Source of the DNA: an uncultured delta proteobacterium | GTDB lineage: Bacteria > Myxococcota_A > Polyangia > Polyangiales > Polyangiaceae | DNA: 64,000 nt | Direction of reading: 5' to 3' | Assembly: GCA_963782055.1 (NCBI GenBank) | Contig: CAWAIF010000003.1 | Span: 4,640,001 to 4,704,000 of the forward strand | Translations under genes and position numbers: made by a program | Shown here: piece by piece, positions 10,969 to 22,817 of the stretch | How positions within the stretch are numbered: position 1 is the stretch's first letter | How the letters are laid out: the number at the start of each line of letters is the position of its first letter | Notes under the pieces: model-generated | The model's input: the letters and a program-made list of their open reading frames with translations, nothing else | The model's database searches: none | Told to the model about the DNA's origin: nothing

Positions 10969-12897
10969 ATGACGTCACCTCTGCGTCACGCCCCCGCGGC
11001 CGAGATCGCCGAGGCCCTCGCGGCCCCGCGCGCCGCGGGCGGGTCGCGCCGCCGGCGGGCGTGGTTCCGGGCGCGCCGCGCGGGGGTGTGGGCGCTGCTG
11101 GTGGCGCCGGGGCTGGGCATCGTCACCTTCGACTTCCTGCGACGCCGCACCCAGATCGACCACTTCGACGGCCACGAGATGACGTCGTACCTCGCGTGGG
11201 CAGCCTGCGGCGCCGCGCTCTGGGGCGCGCTCGCCTACCTCGCGATGGCGCGCACCACGGCGATGCGCTGGTGGGCGCGGCTGCTCCTGCTCGCCGGCGC
11301 GGCGCTCGCGGTGGGCGGGCAGGCGTACATCTTCTCCCGCTACCAGGCGTACCTCGATCACCGCGCCGCCCTCGTCGGCACCTCCATGATGCCGAGCGTC
11401 GGCCAGCAGCTGTGGATCGATCGCTACGACTTCGGCGAGACGGTGCTGCCGCCCATCCTCTTCGCCCTCGCGCTCCCGCTGCTCGGCCGCAAGCTGGCCA
11501 GGCGCCGCCGCCGCGCCGCCCTCTTCGCGCTGGACCTGTCCACCGTGATGCTGGTGCTCGCCCTCTTCGGCAACGTCGGGTCCGCGCAGGACGCCCCGCC
11601 GGACGTGCTCTACGTCTCGGCGATGGGGCAGCTCTCCCGCGCGCGCTGGGACCACAACGAGACGGTGGAGCGGGTGCACCCCGGGCCGCGCTCGCCCATC
11701 CCGGTGCCGGCGATCGTCGCGCGGCCGCCGGTGCCGCGCAACGTGCTCTTCGTCGTGACCGAGAGCGTGCGCGCGCAGTCGACGTGCGTCGCCTACGACC
11801 CCGACTGCGCCTACACCCCCTTCTCCAACGAGGCGGCGAAGGACCGCATCCCGCTCACGCAGATGCGCGCGCTGGACTCCACCACCGCCATCTCCCTGGC
11901 GATCATGTGGGGCGGCCACCTGCCCACCGCGTCGCGCAAGGAGCTCCACTCCATGCCGCTGCTCTGGGAGTACGCGAAGGCGGCGGGGCTGCACACCGCG
12001 TACTGGACCTCGCAGAACCTGCTCTTCGGCAACTCCGGCACGTGGATCGCCAGCGTGCCGCTGGACCGCACCATCAACGCGACGGAGCTGGAGCCCGGCG
12101 CGACGATGGAGATCGGCGCCGACGACGGCAAGCTGGTGGACTACGTGCTGGGCGACATCGGCAACCTGCCGGAGCCCTTCACCGCGGTGGTGCACCTGTC
12201 CAACACGCACTTCCCCTACAAGATCGACGAGGCGCACGCGCCCTTCATGCCCCAGAGCATGAGCGGCGGGCCGGACCACGGGCAGCAGCTCCACAACCGC
12301 TACCAGGACGCCATCTACTTGCAGGACATCGCCGTCGGCCGGCTCATCCGCGGCATTCGCTCCAGGCCGGAGGGCGCCCACACGGTCATCTTCTTCGTCT
12401 CCGATCACGGCGAGCAGCTGGGCGAGAAGGGCGGCTACGGCCACACCGGCACGGTGTGGGACCAGGAGATCCGCATCCCGGCGTGGATCGACGCGCCGCC
12501 GGGCACGCTCACCGACGCCGAGCGCGCCCACCTCGAGGCCCTGCGCGACACCCCCCTCACCAGCCTGGACGTGCTCCCCACCCTGCTCGACCTGATGGGC
12601 GTCTACGACGATCCCGCGCTCGCCGCGCTGAAGAAGCCGATGCCCGGCCACAGCCTGTTGCGCGGCGGCTCGCCCGTGGAGACCGAGGTGCCGCTCACCA
12701 ACTGCACCGAGCTCTGGGCGTGCGCCTTCCGCAACTGGGGCGCGATGCGAGGCACCCGCAAGCTCCTCGCCCACCAGGGCGACAGCGCGTGGGGCTGCTA
12801 CGACGTCGCGAGCGATCCCCAGGAGCGGCAGGACCTGGGGGTCGGAGCGTGCGCGGACCTGCTGCCGCTCGCGCAGCGTCGCGGCCGCCCCTTCTGA
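10969..12897 (+). CDS. Membrane-anchored sulfatase/alkaline-phosphatase-superfamily protein
   Basis: Several N-terminal TM helices, then NVLFVVTESVR, HFPY, SDHGE, GHTG, DVLPTLLDL. Confidence 0.8.
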   Translation: MTSPLRHAPAAEIAEALAAPRAAGGSRRRRAWFRARRAGVWALLVAPGLGIVTFDFLRRRTQIDHFDGHEMTSYLAWAACGAALWGALAYLAMARTTAMRWWARLLLLAGAALAVGGQAYIFSRYQAYLDHRAALVGTSMMPSVGQQLWIDRYDFGETVLPPILFALALPLLGRKLARRRRRAALFALDLSTVMLVLALFGNVGSAQDAPPDVLYVSAMGQLSRARWDHNETVERVHPGPRSPIPVPAIVARPPVPRNVLFVVTESVRAQSTCVAYDPDCAYTPFSNEAAKDRIPLTQMRALDSTTAISLAIMWGGHLPTASRKELHSMPLLWEYAKAAGLHTAYWTSQNLLFGNSGTWIASVPLDRTINATELEPGATMEIGADDGKLVDYVLGDIGNLPEPFTAVVHLSNTHFPYKIDEAHAPFMPQSMSGGPDHGQQLHNRYQDAIYLQDIAVGRLIRGIRSRPEGAHTVIFFVSDHGEQLGEKGGYGHTGTVWDQEIRIPAWIDAPPGTLTDAERAHLEALRDTPLTSLDVLPTLLDLMGVYDDPALAALKKPMPGHSLLRGGSPVETEVPLTNCTELWACAFRNWGAMRGTRKLLAHQGDSAWGCYDVASDPQERQDLGVGACADLLPLAQRRGRPF

Positions 12898-12959
12898 TCG
12901 CCGAAGCGCGGGCGGTGTGAGGCCGGACATCCGCGGCCGACGTGTGCGATGCTCGCCGC

Positions 12960-13604
12960 ATGCGCGCGCCCGCCCTCCTCGTCGCTCTCGCGCTCGTTGC
13001 CTGTCACTCGCCGGCGAGCTCGTCCTCCGACGCCTCGCCGTCCGCGCCGCCGGCGAGCGCCAGCGCGCCCGCCACGACCGCGCCGCCGGCGTACGACGAG
13101 AGCTGGCTCACCATCGCCTCCAAGAGCAAGGTGGCCGCGGCGGCGACGCGCACACAGGCGCAGAACGCCGTCCGCATGCTCCCGCCCGAGCAGCAGGCGT
13201 CGGTCGACGCCACGCTCAACCACATGGCGAAGGAGCCACCGACCGCGGACGGCATCCGGGACGCCGCGCAGCTGGCGCGGGACGCGCAGGACCAGGCGGC
13301 GGCCGCGGGCTACTCCGGCGCGGGCAAGCCGCCCGCCTACCAGGCGATCGCGCAGGCCGGCTTCCTGGTGCTGCAGGGACTGGTCGTCGCCTCGTGCGAG
13401 GCCCACGGGGACGCCGCCTCGGCGAGGGCCCTGCTCGCCGAGCTCCGCGTGATGCCGCTGCCGCGCGGGGCGAACGCCGGCTCCAGGACCGCCGGCTTCA
13501 TGGTGCGCACCTGGCTGGAGCAGGAGATGAGCGCCACGCTCGACGCGAAGGTCTACGCGAGCGCCAAGGCGAAGGCGCCGTCCCCAAAGCGCAACCCTCC
13601 TTGA
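12960..13604 (+). CDS. Hypothetical lipoprotein
   Basis: MRAPALLVALALVAC lipobox, Ser/Ala/Pro linker, helical body. Confidence 0.65.
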   Translation: MRAPALLVALALVACHSPASSSSDASPSAPPASASAPATTAPPAYDESWLTIASKSKVAAAATRTQAQNAVRMLPPEQQASVDATLNHMAKEPPTADGIRDAAQLARDAQDQAAAAGYSGAGKPPAYQAIAQAGFLVLQGLVVASCEAHGDAASARALLAELRVMPLPRGANAGSRTAGFMVRTWLEQEMSATLDAKVYASAKAKAPSPKRNPP

Positions 13605-13646
13605 GACGCGAGCGTCCCGGGACGACGTCGCCTTCGTTCACCTCCC

Positions 13647-14201
13647 TCACTTGCACGACGCGGTGGCGGCGCCGGGGGCGCACCCGTTGGCGCACACCAT
13701 CTGCACCGTCGCCTTGCCGCCCGCGCAGTAGAGCAGCACGTCCTTGTCGGCGATACCGTAGCCGGTGAACTGGGAGCCGCAGTAGTAGCCCGTCGCCTTG
13801 CCGGTACACTCGCTGCAACGGTCGGGGTAGCCCGCGGGGAATCCGACGCACCCGGCGTCGCACAGCACGAGCGACGTGCCGCCGTCGACGCAGTGGACCA
13901 GATCGTCCGGCGACGGGGCGAGCCCGTTCAGCCCGTTGTAGCCGCAGTAGAAGCCGTTGAGCTTGCCCTTGCAGAGCGCGCTCACGTCCGGCGTGTCGGC
14001 GTCGAGCACGTCCGGGGTGTCGCCGGCGTCCGCCTTCGCATCGGGGATGGAGACGTCCGGCGCCGCGTCGAGGCACTCGCCCGCCTCGCAGTCCACCAGC
14101 GGCTGATCCACGAAGTCGACGAGCAGCGTGCACGACGGCGCAGCGATCAAAAGGACGCCGGCGGCGAGCAAGCCTCTCGAGCCCCGGAACACGCTGCGCA
14201 C
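13647..14201 (-). CDS. Cys-rich lipoprotein
   Basis: APSC lipobox-like signal, DA-rich linker, duplicated CxGKxxGx(F/Y)CG module; TAACCT 6 nt before GTG. Confidence 0.75.
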   Translation of the reverse strand: MRSVFRGSRGLLAAGVLLIAAPSCTLLVDFVDQPLVDCEAGECLDAAPDVSIPDAKADAGDTPDVLDADTPDVSALCKGKLNGFYCGYNGLNGLAPSPDDLVHCVDGGTSLVLCDAGCVGFPAGYPDRCSECTGKATGYYCGSQFTGYGIADKDVLLYCAGGKATVQMVCANGCAPGAATASCK

Positions 14202-14379
14202 GAGGGAAGGTTAGCACCACGACCGTGGCGCGCGGGAAGACGCGACGCGGTGCAACAAAACGCTTCCGGAACGCGGCACCTGTGCGACCATCTTCCCCGA
14301 CGATGCATGCCGGAGCGCGTGCACCGCAGAGCGTCCGCGTGCAGCCCCGCACGCAGGTCGGACCTGACCGGAGGCACCC

Positions 14380-17300
14380 ATGGCGCAGCGGCGCGCCGAC
14401 CCCCACAACCCTGCAAAGAAGCCTCCCGCTCCCGCGCCCGACCAGGCCACCGCGCCGCGCATCCCGGCGCCGCCGGACTCTGTCGGCGAGGATCGCTCGT
14501 CCATCGACAAGCTGCTCGCGCTGACGGACGACGGCTGGGACATCGACGAGCAGGTGCGCACGCTGCAGATCGCCTCCGGCGAGCCGCCGTCCAAGACCAT
14601 GAAGGCGCTGCCCTCCCAGGGCATCGTGCTCCCCAGCGCGCAGGAGCTCGCGCCCGCCAAGCCGCCGCCCGTGCCGCAGGCGGGCAAGTCGATACCGCCC
14701 CCGCTCCCTCCGCAGGCCAAGGCCGACAAGCGCGGCAAGGCGCCGCCCCCCGTCCCCTCGAAGGGCAAGCCGCCCAAGCCGCCGCCGCCCGCGCGCAAGC
14801 CGCCGCCGCCCGCGCCGTCGTCGGGGTCGGTGCCGCGCGTCGAGCCCTCCGGACCCAGCCGGCAACGGGCGATGCTCGACCCACTCAGCCCGGAGTCCCT
14901 GGTCGAGCTGCTGCTCGCCCGCGTGCACGCGCTGGAGACCTCTGGCGACAAGGTGGGCCTCGCCCGCGCGCACATCGAGCTGGCGGTCGCGTCGGAGACG
15001 GTGCTCGGCGACGACGGGCGCGCCGTCGGCCACGCGGAGGCCGCCCTGGCGGTGGACCCCTCCCTCGCCGCCGCGCACAACGTCCTGCGGCGCCGCCGCC
15101 ACGGCCGCAACGCCATCGGCGCCATGCTCGAGCATCTGGAGAGCGAGCTCTCCGCCGCGACGGAGGACGCCGCGCGCGTCGAGCTGCTCGTGGAGAAGGC
15201 CCGCCTGCTGGAGGCGAGCGGCGAGCGCGGGGACAAGGCGCGCGCCGCGTGGGAGCAGGCGCTGGCGATCGCGCCCAACCACGCCGCGGGGCTCAAGGGT
15301 CTGGAGGGCGACCTCTTCACCCGCACGCTCACGGGCAAGGGAGAGGCGCAGCTCGAGGCGCTCGAGCGGCTGGCCGCCCACCTGGGCCGCATGGCCGACG
15401 CCTACGGCTCCGACCCGCGCCTGGCGGCGTGGCTCCACGTGGAGCGCGCCGGCATCCTGGAGCACCGGCTGCACCGGCTGGACGCCGCGCGCGCCGCGCT
15501 GGAGCGCGCGGTGGAGCTCGACCCGAGCGTCGGTCCGGTGCGCGACGCCGCCGTGCGCCATGTCGCGGCCCACGACGACGCCTCCGCCCTCGCCGCCCTG
15601 CTGGAGGAAGAGGCCCTGCTGGAGAAGGACCTCGCGCGCGCCACCCGGCTGGAGGTGGACGCCGCGTGCATCGCGAGCGCGCGCCTCGGCGACAAGCCGC
15701 GCGCCATCTCGCTGCTGGAGCGCGCGGCGTCGCGCGCGCCCACGACGGCCAGCACCGACAGGCGCGTCCTCGACGAGCTGCTCGGCCTCTACGAGGGCGC
15801 GGGGGACACCCCCGGCATGATCCGCGTGCGCCGCGCGCGACTGCGCTTCTTCGCCGAGCCCGCGCGCCTGGCGCACGAGTACCGGGTCATCGCCCTGCTG
15901 GAGGAGAAGGAGGGCGACCTGGACGCGGCCGTCGGCGACGTGCAGCGCGCGCTCGCCACCGGCGAGAGCGACGCCACGGTGCTCGAGCTGCTGGACCGCC
16001 TCCTCGCCGCGTCGGACCGCCACGAGCAGCGCGTGGGCATCTGGGTGACGGAGGCCGCGCGCCAGAGCGACGGCCCGAAGCGCGCGCGGGCGCTGCTGCG
16101 CGCCGCGACGATCTCCGAGGAGGTCCTCGGCAAGCGCGGCGACGCCATCCGACACCTGCGCGGGGCGTGGGTCGCGCACCCGGGCGACACCGAGATCCTC
16201 GACGCGCTCTCGCGCCTGCTCTGCCCGCAGCCTTCGGAGCGCGTGGACGGAGAGGCCCGCGCCCTCATCGAGCTCTACGCGCAGGCGGCCGAGCGCGCGC
16301 GCGACGCCACGCGCCGGGTGGCGTACCTGGAGAAGACCGCGCTCCTCTGGGAGGACATGGTGGGCGACCCGCGCCGCGCCGCCAAGGTCTACGAGGAGAT
16401 CCTCGCCATCGAGCCGGACCGCCGCAGCGCGGTGCTGGGCCTGCACCGCACCTCCGCGCGGTGCCGCGACGACAAGACCGCGGCGCGCGCCCTGCTGGAC
16501 GAGGCGCGGCTGGCCGACGACGGCGCCGACGTGCTCTCGCTCAAGACGCGCGCCGCCAACACCATCGCCAAGACCGACCCGGCGCGCGCGCTCGCGCTGG
16601 TCGAGGACGTGCTCGCGCAGGACGCCGATCACGCCGCCGCGCGGGCCCTTGAGACGCGTCTGCACGAGGACGCCGGCCGGTGGGAGCGGGCGGAGGCGTC
16701 GCTGCGCGCACGCATCCGCACCGCGCAGAAGGGGCGCTCTTCCGCCTCCGACATCGTCAGCCTGCACCTGGCGCTGGCCGCCATCCAGTCGGAGCGCCTG
16801 CACGCGACGGACGCCGCGCTCGCCTCGCTGCAGGCGGCGCGCGCGCTCGACCCCTCGCACCCCGTCCCGCCGGAGGAGATCGTGCGGCTGCTGGAGTCGC
16901 ACGCGGACGCGCGCACCTACCGCGGCGCCCTCGCCTCCCTCGCCGAGTCCGCCACGACGCCCGACGATCGCGCGCGCTGGCTGCTGCGCGCGGGCGAGGT
17001 CGACGAGCTGCGACTGCACGACGACGACAGCGCCGCGAGCACCTATACCCGCGCGCTCGCCGAGACCCCCGAGGACGATTCTCATCGGCGACAGGCTCGC
17101 CCGCGTGCTCGCGCGGCGCGCCGCCACCTCGGAGAACGCCGGCAAGACGACACCCTTCGGCGAGCTGTGCGCGGCGCGGCTGCGCGCGCTGGAGCACGCC
17201 CCCACGACCGAGGGCGCGCGCGCCCTCTCCTTCGACGCGGCCGCCCTCCTGCTGGAGATGGGTCAGGACCTCCCGCGCGCCATCTCCTTGCTCGAGTCGG

Positions 17301-20050
17301 TGCTGACGGAAGACGCGACGCACGTGCCGGCGCTGCGACTGCTGGAGAACGCCGCCCGCCGCACCGGGGAGCTCGCGTCGCTGGCGCGCGCCCTCTCCCG
17401 TCAGGGGGACGCCCTGCACGACGTGCGCGCGCGGCTCGGCGCGCTCTGGGGCCTGGCGGGGCTGGAGGAGTGGCGCCTCCCCGCGACGGACGCCACCCCC
17501 ACCTACACCCGCATCCTGGAGCTGGACGCGACGGACCCCGGCGCCCTGGAGGCCACGCTGCGGCGCGAGCTGCCCATGGCACGCAAGGGCGACGCGCGGG
17601 CGCGCAAGCACGTCATCGGCGCGCTGCGGTCGCTCTTCGCGCTCTCCTCCGACGACGGCACGCGCCTCTCGCTGCAGCTGCGCCTCGCCCTGGTGCTCGA
17701 GTCGGCGAGCGACGTGGCCAACGACGCCGGCGCGCCTGCGCTGCTGCGCGAGGCGCTCGAGCGCTACCGCGCGGCGCTTCACATCGACCCGCTCTCGGTG
17801 ACCGCCGCCACCGGGCTGGCGCGCCTCGCCACCCGGCTGCGCGACGCCGAGGGTGCCTTCGCCGCGGCGCTCTCGCTGGCGGACATCGCCGGGCAACCGG
17901 TGTCTCGCAGCCGCTACCTGCTGGAGGCGGGGGAGCTCTTGCTCGTCGCCAACGACGATCGCCTCGGCACCCCCACAGATCGTCGCGAGCGCGCCGGACA
18001 CCTCCTGGAGAAGGCGCTGGAGGCGGACCCGGACTCCATCGCCGCGGCCGGGCGCCTCTCGACGGTGTGGAGCGAGGACGGCCACGCCGAGCGCCTCGTG
18101 GACACCTTCCGCACCGCCATCCAGCGCGCCACCTCGGCCGACGCCGTCGTCATGCTCGGCTCGGAGATCGCTCGCGTCGCCCGCGACGAGCTCAAGGACC
18201 TGCCCACCGCCATCGAGGCCATGCGCCGCGTGCGGGAGGCAGCGCCGCAGCACATCCCCTCCCTGCTCACCCTCTCCGAGCTGTGCATCGCGCAGCGCGC
18301 GTGGCCGGAGGCGGTGGACGCGCTGGAGGCCGTCGTCACCACCAGCCGCGAGCCCGGCCCGCGGCTCACCGCTCTCTTCGCCCTGGCCAGCGTCTACGAG
18401 CGCGTGCTCGATCGCAAGGACGAGGCGGAGCGCGCCCTGCGCACCGCGCTGTCGATCGACCCGCACAACGCGCGGGCGCTGCGCGCGCTGCTGCGGCACA
18501 TCACCGCCCAGCGCGCCGTCGAGACGCGCGGCGAGCAGGCGGAGCTGCTCGAGCGCCTGGCGGAGGTGGAGAAGGAGCCGGAGCAGAAGTGCGAGCTGCT
18601 CGTCGAGCTCGCCTCGCTGCGCACCAAGATGGGCGAGACCACCGCGGCCGAGCGCGCCCTCATCGCGGCGGTGGCGCACTCGCCGGGCAACGCCAAGGTC
18701 TTCTCCCGCCTCGCGCAGTGCTTCAAGACGAAGGACGGCGCCACCGACCAGACCGCCTACGCCCGCGCGCTCGGGCAGGTGATCGCCCTCGGCCAGAGGC
18801 TGGGGCGCGTCGACGCCTCCTGGTTCGCCACGCTCGGGCAGATCGAGAGCGAGCACCTCGGGCGCGAGCGCGACGCCGTCGGCCACCTCGGCCAGGCGAT
18901 CGAGATCGACCCCGAGCTGCACGAGACGCGCTTCGAGCTCGCTCACGCCCTGGCCAAGGCCGGCGCCAACGAGGAGGCCGCCCGCACCCTGCTCGGGATG
19001 ATGTCGCCCGACCCGCGCCCGATGCTCGGCGTGGCCGACCCGGCGGCGGCGCTCGCCCTGCTGGAGCGCTCGCTCACCACCGAGCGGCGCACCGAGGAGG
19101 CGCTCGCGGTGAGCGAGCTGCGCGCCGTCGCCGGCGATCTGGACGATGGCCGCTACGCGTGGCTGCGCTCGCGCCGCCCCAAGCCGCTCGACGCGGCGAT
19201 GCCCACGCTCGACCGCCCCACCCTGGTGACGCACGTGCTCCCGCCGGAGGGGCGGCACGTGCTGCTGGAGGTCGCCGCCGCCGTCAGCGGCGTCGAGGCC
19301 AAGATGCTGCGCTCCGACATCTCGGAGATCGGCATCTCCTCGCGCGACCGGGTGAGCTCGCGCAGCGGTCACCCCACCCGCCTGCTCTGCGACCGCCTCG
19401 CCCGGATGCTGGGCGTCAGCGAGATCGAGCTGGTCATCACCCCGGCGGTGACGCGCACGCGCGTGATCACCCAGGACGACCCGTGGATCGTCGTGCCGCA
19501 GGCGCTGACCGAGCTGCCGGAGATGGCTCAGCTCGCCGCGATGGGGCGCGCCATGTCGCGCATCGCCTACGGCGTGCCCTGGCTGGAGGAGCTGCCGCCG
19601 CCGCACATCGAGGCGCTGCTCATCGCGGCGGCCCGGCAGGTCGTGCCCGGCTACGGCACCGACACCCTGGACGTGCTGAGCGAGAAGCTGGTCTCGCAGT
19701 ACGAGACCACCGTGGCGAAGGCGCTGGCGCGCCGCCACAAGAAGCTCCTGGAGGAGCTGGCGCCGCACATCGCCGCGCCCATCGGCCGGCCGATGCCCAT
19801 CGAGATCTTCGTCGGGGCGCTTGCCCGCGCGGAGCTGCGCGCCGCCTTCCTGCTCACCGGGGACCTGCTCTCCACCGTCGACGACGTGCGCGGTGCCGAT
19901 CCGGTGCTCCTGCGCGCCACCGAGCAGCCGGGGCGCGGCGCCCTCGCCGCGGTGCTGCAGCACCCGTACGCCGGCGACGTCGCCCGCTTCGCCGTGACGC
20001 CGGAGGCCGCCGCGCTCAAGCGGCGCCTCGGGACCGCCTGGGCCGTTTGA
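14380..20050 (+). CDS. Giant TPR-repeat protein, split by a +1 frameshift at about 17080 (sequencing error or pseudogene)
   Basis: Frame of ORF 14380 gives sensible TPR helices up to ...AETPEDD; frame of ORF 16649..20050 continues LIGDRLARVL... to the stop at 20050. Confidence 0.8.
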
Positions 20051-20126
20051 CCCTTCTCATCCGGCGCCGCTTCGAGTAGACCCCGGCCCTCGAGATGCGG
20101 GGGCGTCTCTGACTCGGAGTACCGCA

Positions 20127-21011
20127 GTGCGCAGTATGCTGTTCTTTCTGGGGGTGTTGTTCCTCGCCGCGTCGTGCCACATGGCGTCCGCCGCCGACGG
20201 CGACCTGGCGCCGCCGCTGACGCTGAACGCGGCGATGACCGACGCAGGGGCCGCGCGGGCCGCCGCGTCGCTGCAGCCGAGCGCGGGCATCACGGCCTCC
20301 GTCGCGGCGATGACCTCTCCCCCGGCGTCCACCGCCACCGTGGAGGCGGACGCCGTCGACGATGGCGCGTGCCCCGCGGGGATGGTGCTCGTCGAGGGCG
20401 ACTTCTGCCCCGACGTGCGGCAGCGGTGCCTGGAGTGGATGGACCCGCCCGGCCGCTACCACCACTTCCGCTGCAAGCGCTACGCGAAGCCGGCGGTCTG
20501 CGCGTCGAAGAAGCGCAAGCACCTGCGCTTCTGCATCGACGAGAAGGAGCGCACCGTCCCGGGCGGCGACCTCCCGCGCAACCACATGTCGTGGACCACC
20601 GCGACGAAGCTCTGCAAGGCCTCCGGCGCGCGCCTGTGCATGGCGCACGAGTGGGTGTTCGCGTGCGAGGGCGAGGAGATGCGCCCGTACCCGTACGGCT
20701 GGCAGCGCGACTCCAGCATCTGCAACGCCGACATCGATCACGGCCTGGGGCACATCGGTCGGCTGGTGGATCACCGTGCGCCGGCGAGCGCGCACCCGCA
20801 GTGCAAGAGCGCCTTCGGCATCCACGACATGGCGGGCAACGTCGACGAGTGGACCACCATCGCCGGCATGCCCCGCGGCAAGCGGGAGATCATGCACGGG
20901 TCGTGGTGGATGCCCGGGCGCAACGCCTGCCGCTCCTTCCAGGCGGGGCACGGGCCGCTCTACGCGGGCACCGAGACGGGCGCCCGCTGCTGCGCCGACC
21001 CGCTGAAGTGA
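20127..21011 (+). CDS. Formylglycine-generating-enzyme (FGE-sulfatase) domain secreted protein
   Basis: CPAGMVLVEG, FCIDEKE, RLC..EW..AC, YPYG, DMAGNVDEW, GARCC. Confidence 0.85.
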   Translation: MRSMLFFLGVLFLAASCHMASAADGDLAPPLTLNAAMTDAGAARAAASLQPSAGITASVAAMTSPPASTATVEADAVDDGACPAGMVLVEGDFCPDVRQRCLEWMDPPGRYHHFRCKRYAKPAVCASKKRKHLRFCIDEKERTVPGGDLPRNHMSWTTATKLCKASGARLCMAHEWVFACEGEEMRPYPYGWQRDSSICNADIDHGLGHIGRLVDHRAPASAHPQCKSAFGIHDMAGNVDEWTTIAGMPRGKREIMHGSWWMPGRNACRSFQAGHGPLYAGTETGARCCADPLK

Positions 21012-21033
21012 CGGGGCGCGGCGCGGTCCGCGG

Positions 21034-22803
21034 TCACTCGTACATCGCCTCGATCTCGGCGTGGTACTTCTCGCCGATCACCTTGCGACGCAGCTTGAGC
21101 GTGGGCGTGAGCTCGCCGCCGTCCACCGTCATCTCCGCGGGGAGGATGGTGTAGCGCTTGATCGTCTGCACGCGCGCGAGCCGTCCGTTGATCTCCTCCA
21201 CCTGCCTGTCCAGGTGAGCCTTGAACGTGGCGCAGGTCGCCGCCTCGGCCACGGTCCGCGCGGGGCTGCCGGCGAGCCGCGCCTCCTCCTCGACGCGCTC
21301 GGGGTCGAGGGAGAGCAGCGCGCTGAGGTACTTGCGCCTGTCACCGATCACCACGGCCTGCCCCACCACCGGGATCGCCTTGAGGTGGCCCTCCACGAGC
21401 TGCGGCGCGACGTTCTCGCCGCCCGCCGTGATGATGAGCTCCTTCTTGCGGTCGGTGATGTGGAGGTAGCCGTCGCCGTCGATCTCCCCGATGTCGCCGG
21501 TGTGGAGCCAGCCATCCGGGTCGACCGTCGCGCGGGTGGCCTCCTCCTCCTTCAGGTAGCCGGCGAAGACGTGGTCACCCTGGAGCAGGATCTCCCCGTC
21601 CTCGGCGATCTTCACCTTCGTGCCGGGCACCGGGAGGCCGACGGCGCCGGTCTTGTAGTGCGTGGGCGTGGAGAAGGTCGCCGGCCCTGTGCACTCGCTC
21701 ATGCCGTAGAGCTCGTAGATGGAGATGCCCAGGCTCAAGAAGAAGTCCAGCGTGTCCTTCGAGATGGGCGCCGCCCCGGTGAGCGCGAAGCGGCACCGGT
21801 CCAGCCCGAGGCGCTCGCGCAGCTTGGAGAAGACCACGCGCTCGGCCAGCGGATACAGCAGCGGCCGCGGGCGGCCCTGCTGCTCGGCGTAGCCCCCGCG
21901 CAGGCCGACGTCGCGCGCCCAGGCCGCGACCTTGCGGCGCAGCGGAGGGGCGGCGGCGAGCCCCGCCTGCAGCTTCGCCTGGATCTTCTCCCAGACGCGC
22001 GGCACCCCGAGGAAGTACGTCGGGCGCACGGCGACGAGCGCGTCGAGCAGCTTGTCCATGCTCTCGGCGAAGGAGACCGGGTAGCCCACGTACATCGGCG
22101 CGTGGATGGTGAGCATCTGCTCGGCGATGTGCGAGAGCGGCAGGTAGCTGACGCCCGCCTCGCCGATGCCGAGGTCCAGGTGGTCGATCACCGTCTCGGC
22201 GGTCCAGGTCAGGTTGTGGTGGGTGAGCAGCACGCCCTTCGGGTTGCCGGTCGTCCCGGAGGTGTAGATGAGGGTGCACGGGTCGGAGGGACGCTGGGCG
22301 CGCACGCGCTCCTCGATCACCGCCTCGCGCACGTGCTTGCCCGCCGCGAGGAAGTCGCGCCAGCTCATGACGAAGGAGTCGGCGACCGTCTCGCCGCTCC
22401 ACTGCACCACCCGCTGCAGGTTGGGCATGAGGCCGCGGGCCTCCAGGAACTTCTGGGCGTGGCGCGCGTCCTCGGCGAAGGCCACGCGCGCGTCGCAGTG
22501 GGCGGTCACGTAGGCGACCTGCTCGGGGCTGCTCGTGGTGTAGATGCCCGCCGGGATCGCGCCGGCGTGGATGGCGCCCACGTCGGCGAAGACCCACTCC
22601 GGTGAGTTGTAGCCGATGATGGCGACGCCCTCGCCCGGCTGCACGCCGAGCGCGACGAGCGACCGGGCCACGTCCATCACCCGCGCGCGATACTCCGCCC
22701 ACGTCGTCTCTTCCCACGAGCCTCCGCGCCGCTCGCGCAGCGCCGGCAGGGCGGCGTAGCGGCGCGTGGTCGCGTCCAGGGTCTCCATCACGGTACGAGC
22801 CAT
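21034..22803 (-). CDS. Long-chain fatty acid-CoA ligase
   Basis: IYTSGTTGNPKG, YGMSE, WLHTGDIG, ITDRKKELI, ELTPTLKLRR. Confidence 0.92.
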   Translation of the reverse strand: MARTVMETLDATTRRYAALPALRERRGGSWEETTWAEYRARVMDVARSLVALGVQPGEGVAIIGYNSPEWVFADVGAIHAGAIPAGIYTTSSPEQVAYVTAHCDARVAFAEDARHAQKFLEARGLMPNLQRVVQWSGETVADSFVMSWRDFLAAGKHVREAVIEERVRAQRPSDPCTLIYTSGTTGNPKGVLLTHHNLTWTAETVIDHLDLGIGEAGVSYLPLSHIAEQMLTIHAPMYVGYPVSFAESMDKLLDALVAVRPTYFLGVPRVWEKIQAKLQAGLAAAPPLRRKVAAWARDVGLRGGYAEQQGRPRPLLYPLAERVVFSKLRERLGLDRCRFALTGAAPISKDTLDFFLSLGISIYELYGMSECTGPATFSTPTHYKTGAVGLPVPGTKVKIAEDGEILLQGDHVFAGYLKEEEATRATVDPDGWLHTGDIGEIDGDGYLHITDRKKELIITAGGENVAPQLVEGHLKAIPVVGQAVVIGDRRKYLSALLSLDPERVEEEARLAGSPARTVAEAATCATFKAHLDRQVEEINGRLARVQTIKRYTILPAEMTVDGGELTPTLKLRRKVIGEKYHAEIEAMYE

Positions 22804-22817
22804 GGGTCGTAGTCCTA

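Noticed and set aside
14380..20079. 1899-aa ORF as one intact protein
   Set aside because: After about residue 900 it becomes Arg/Ala/Gly-rich off-frame sequence; the real coding frame shifts near 17080.
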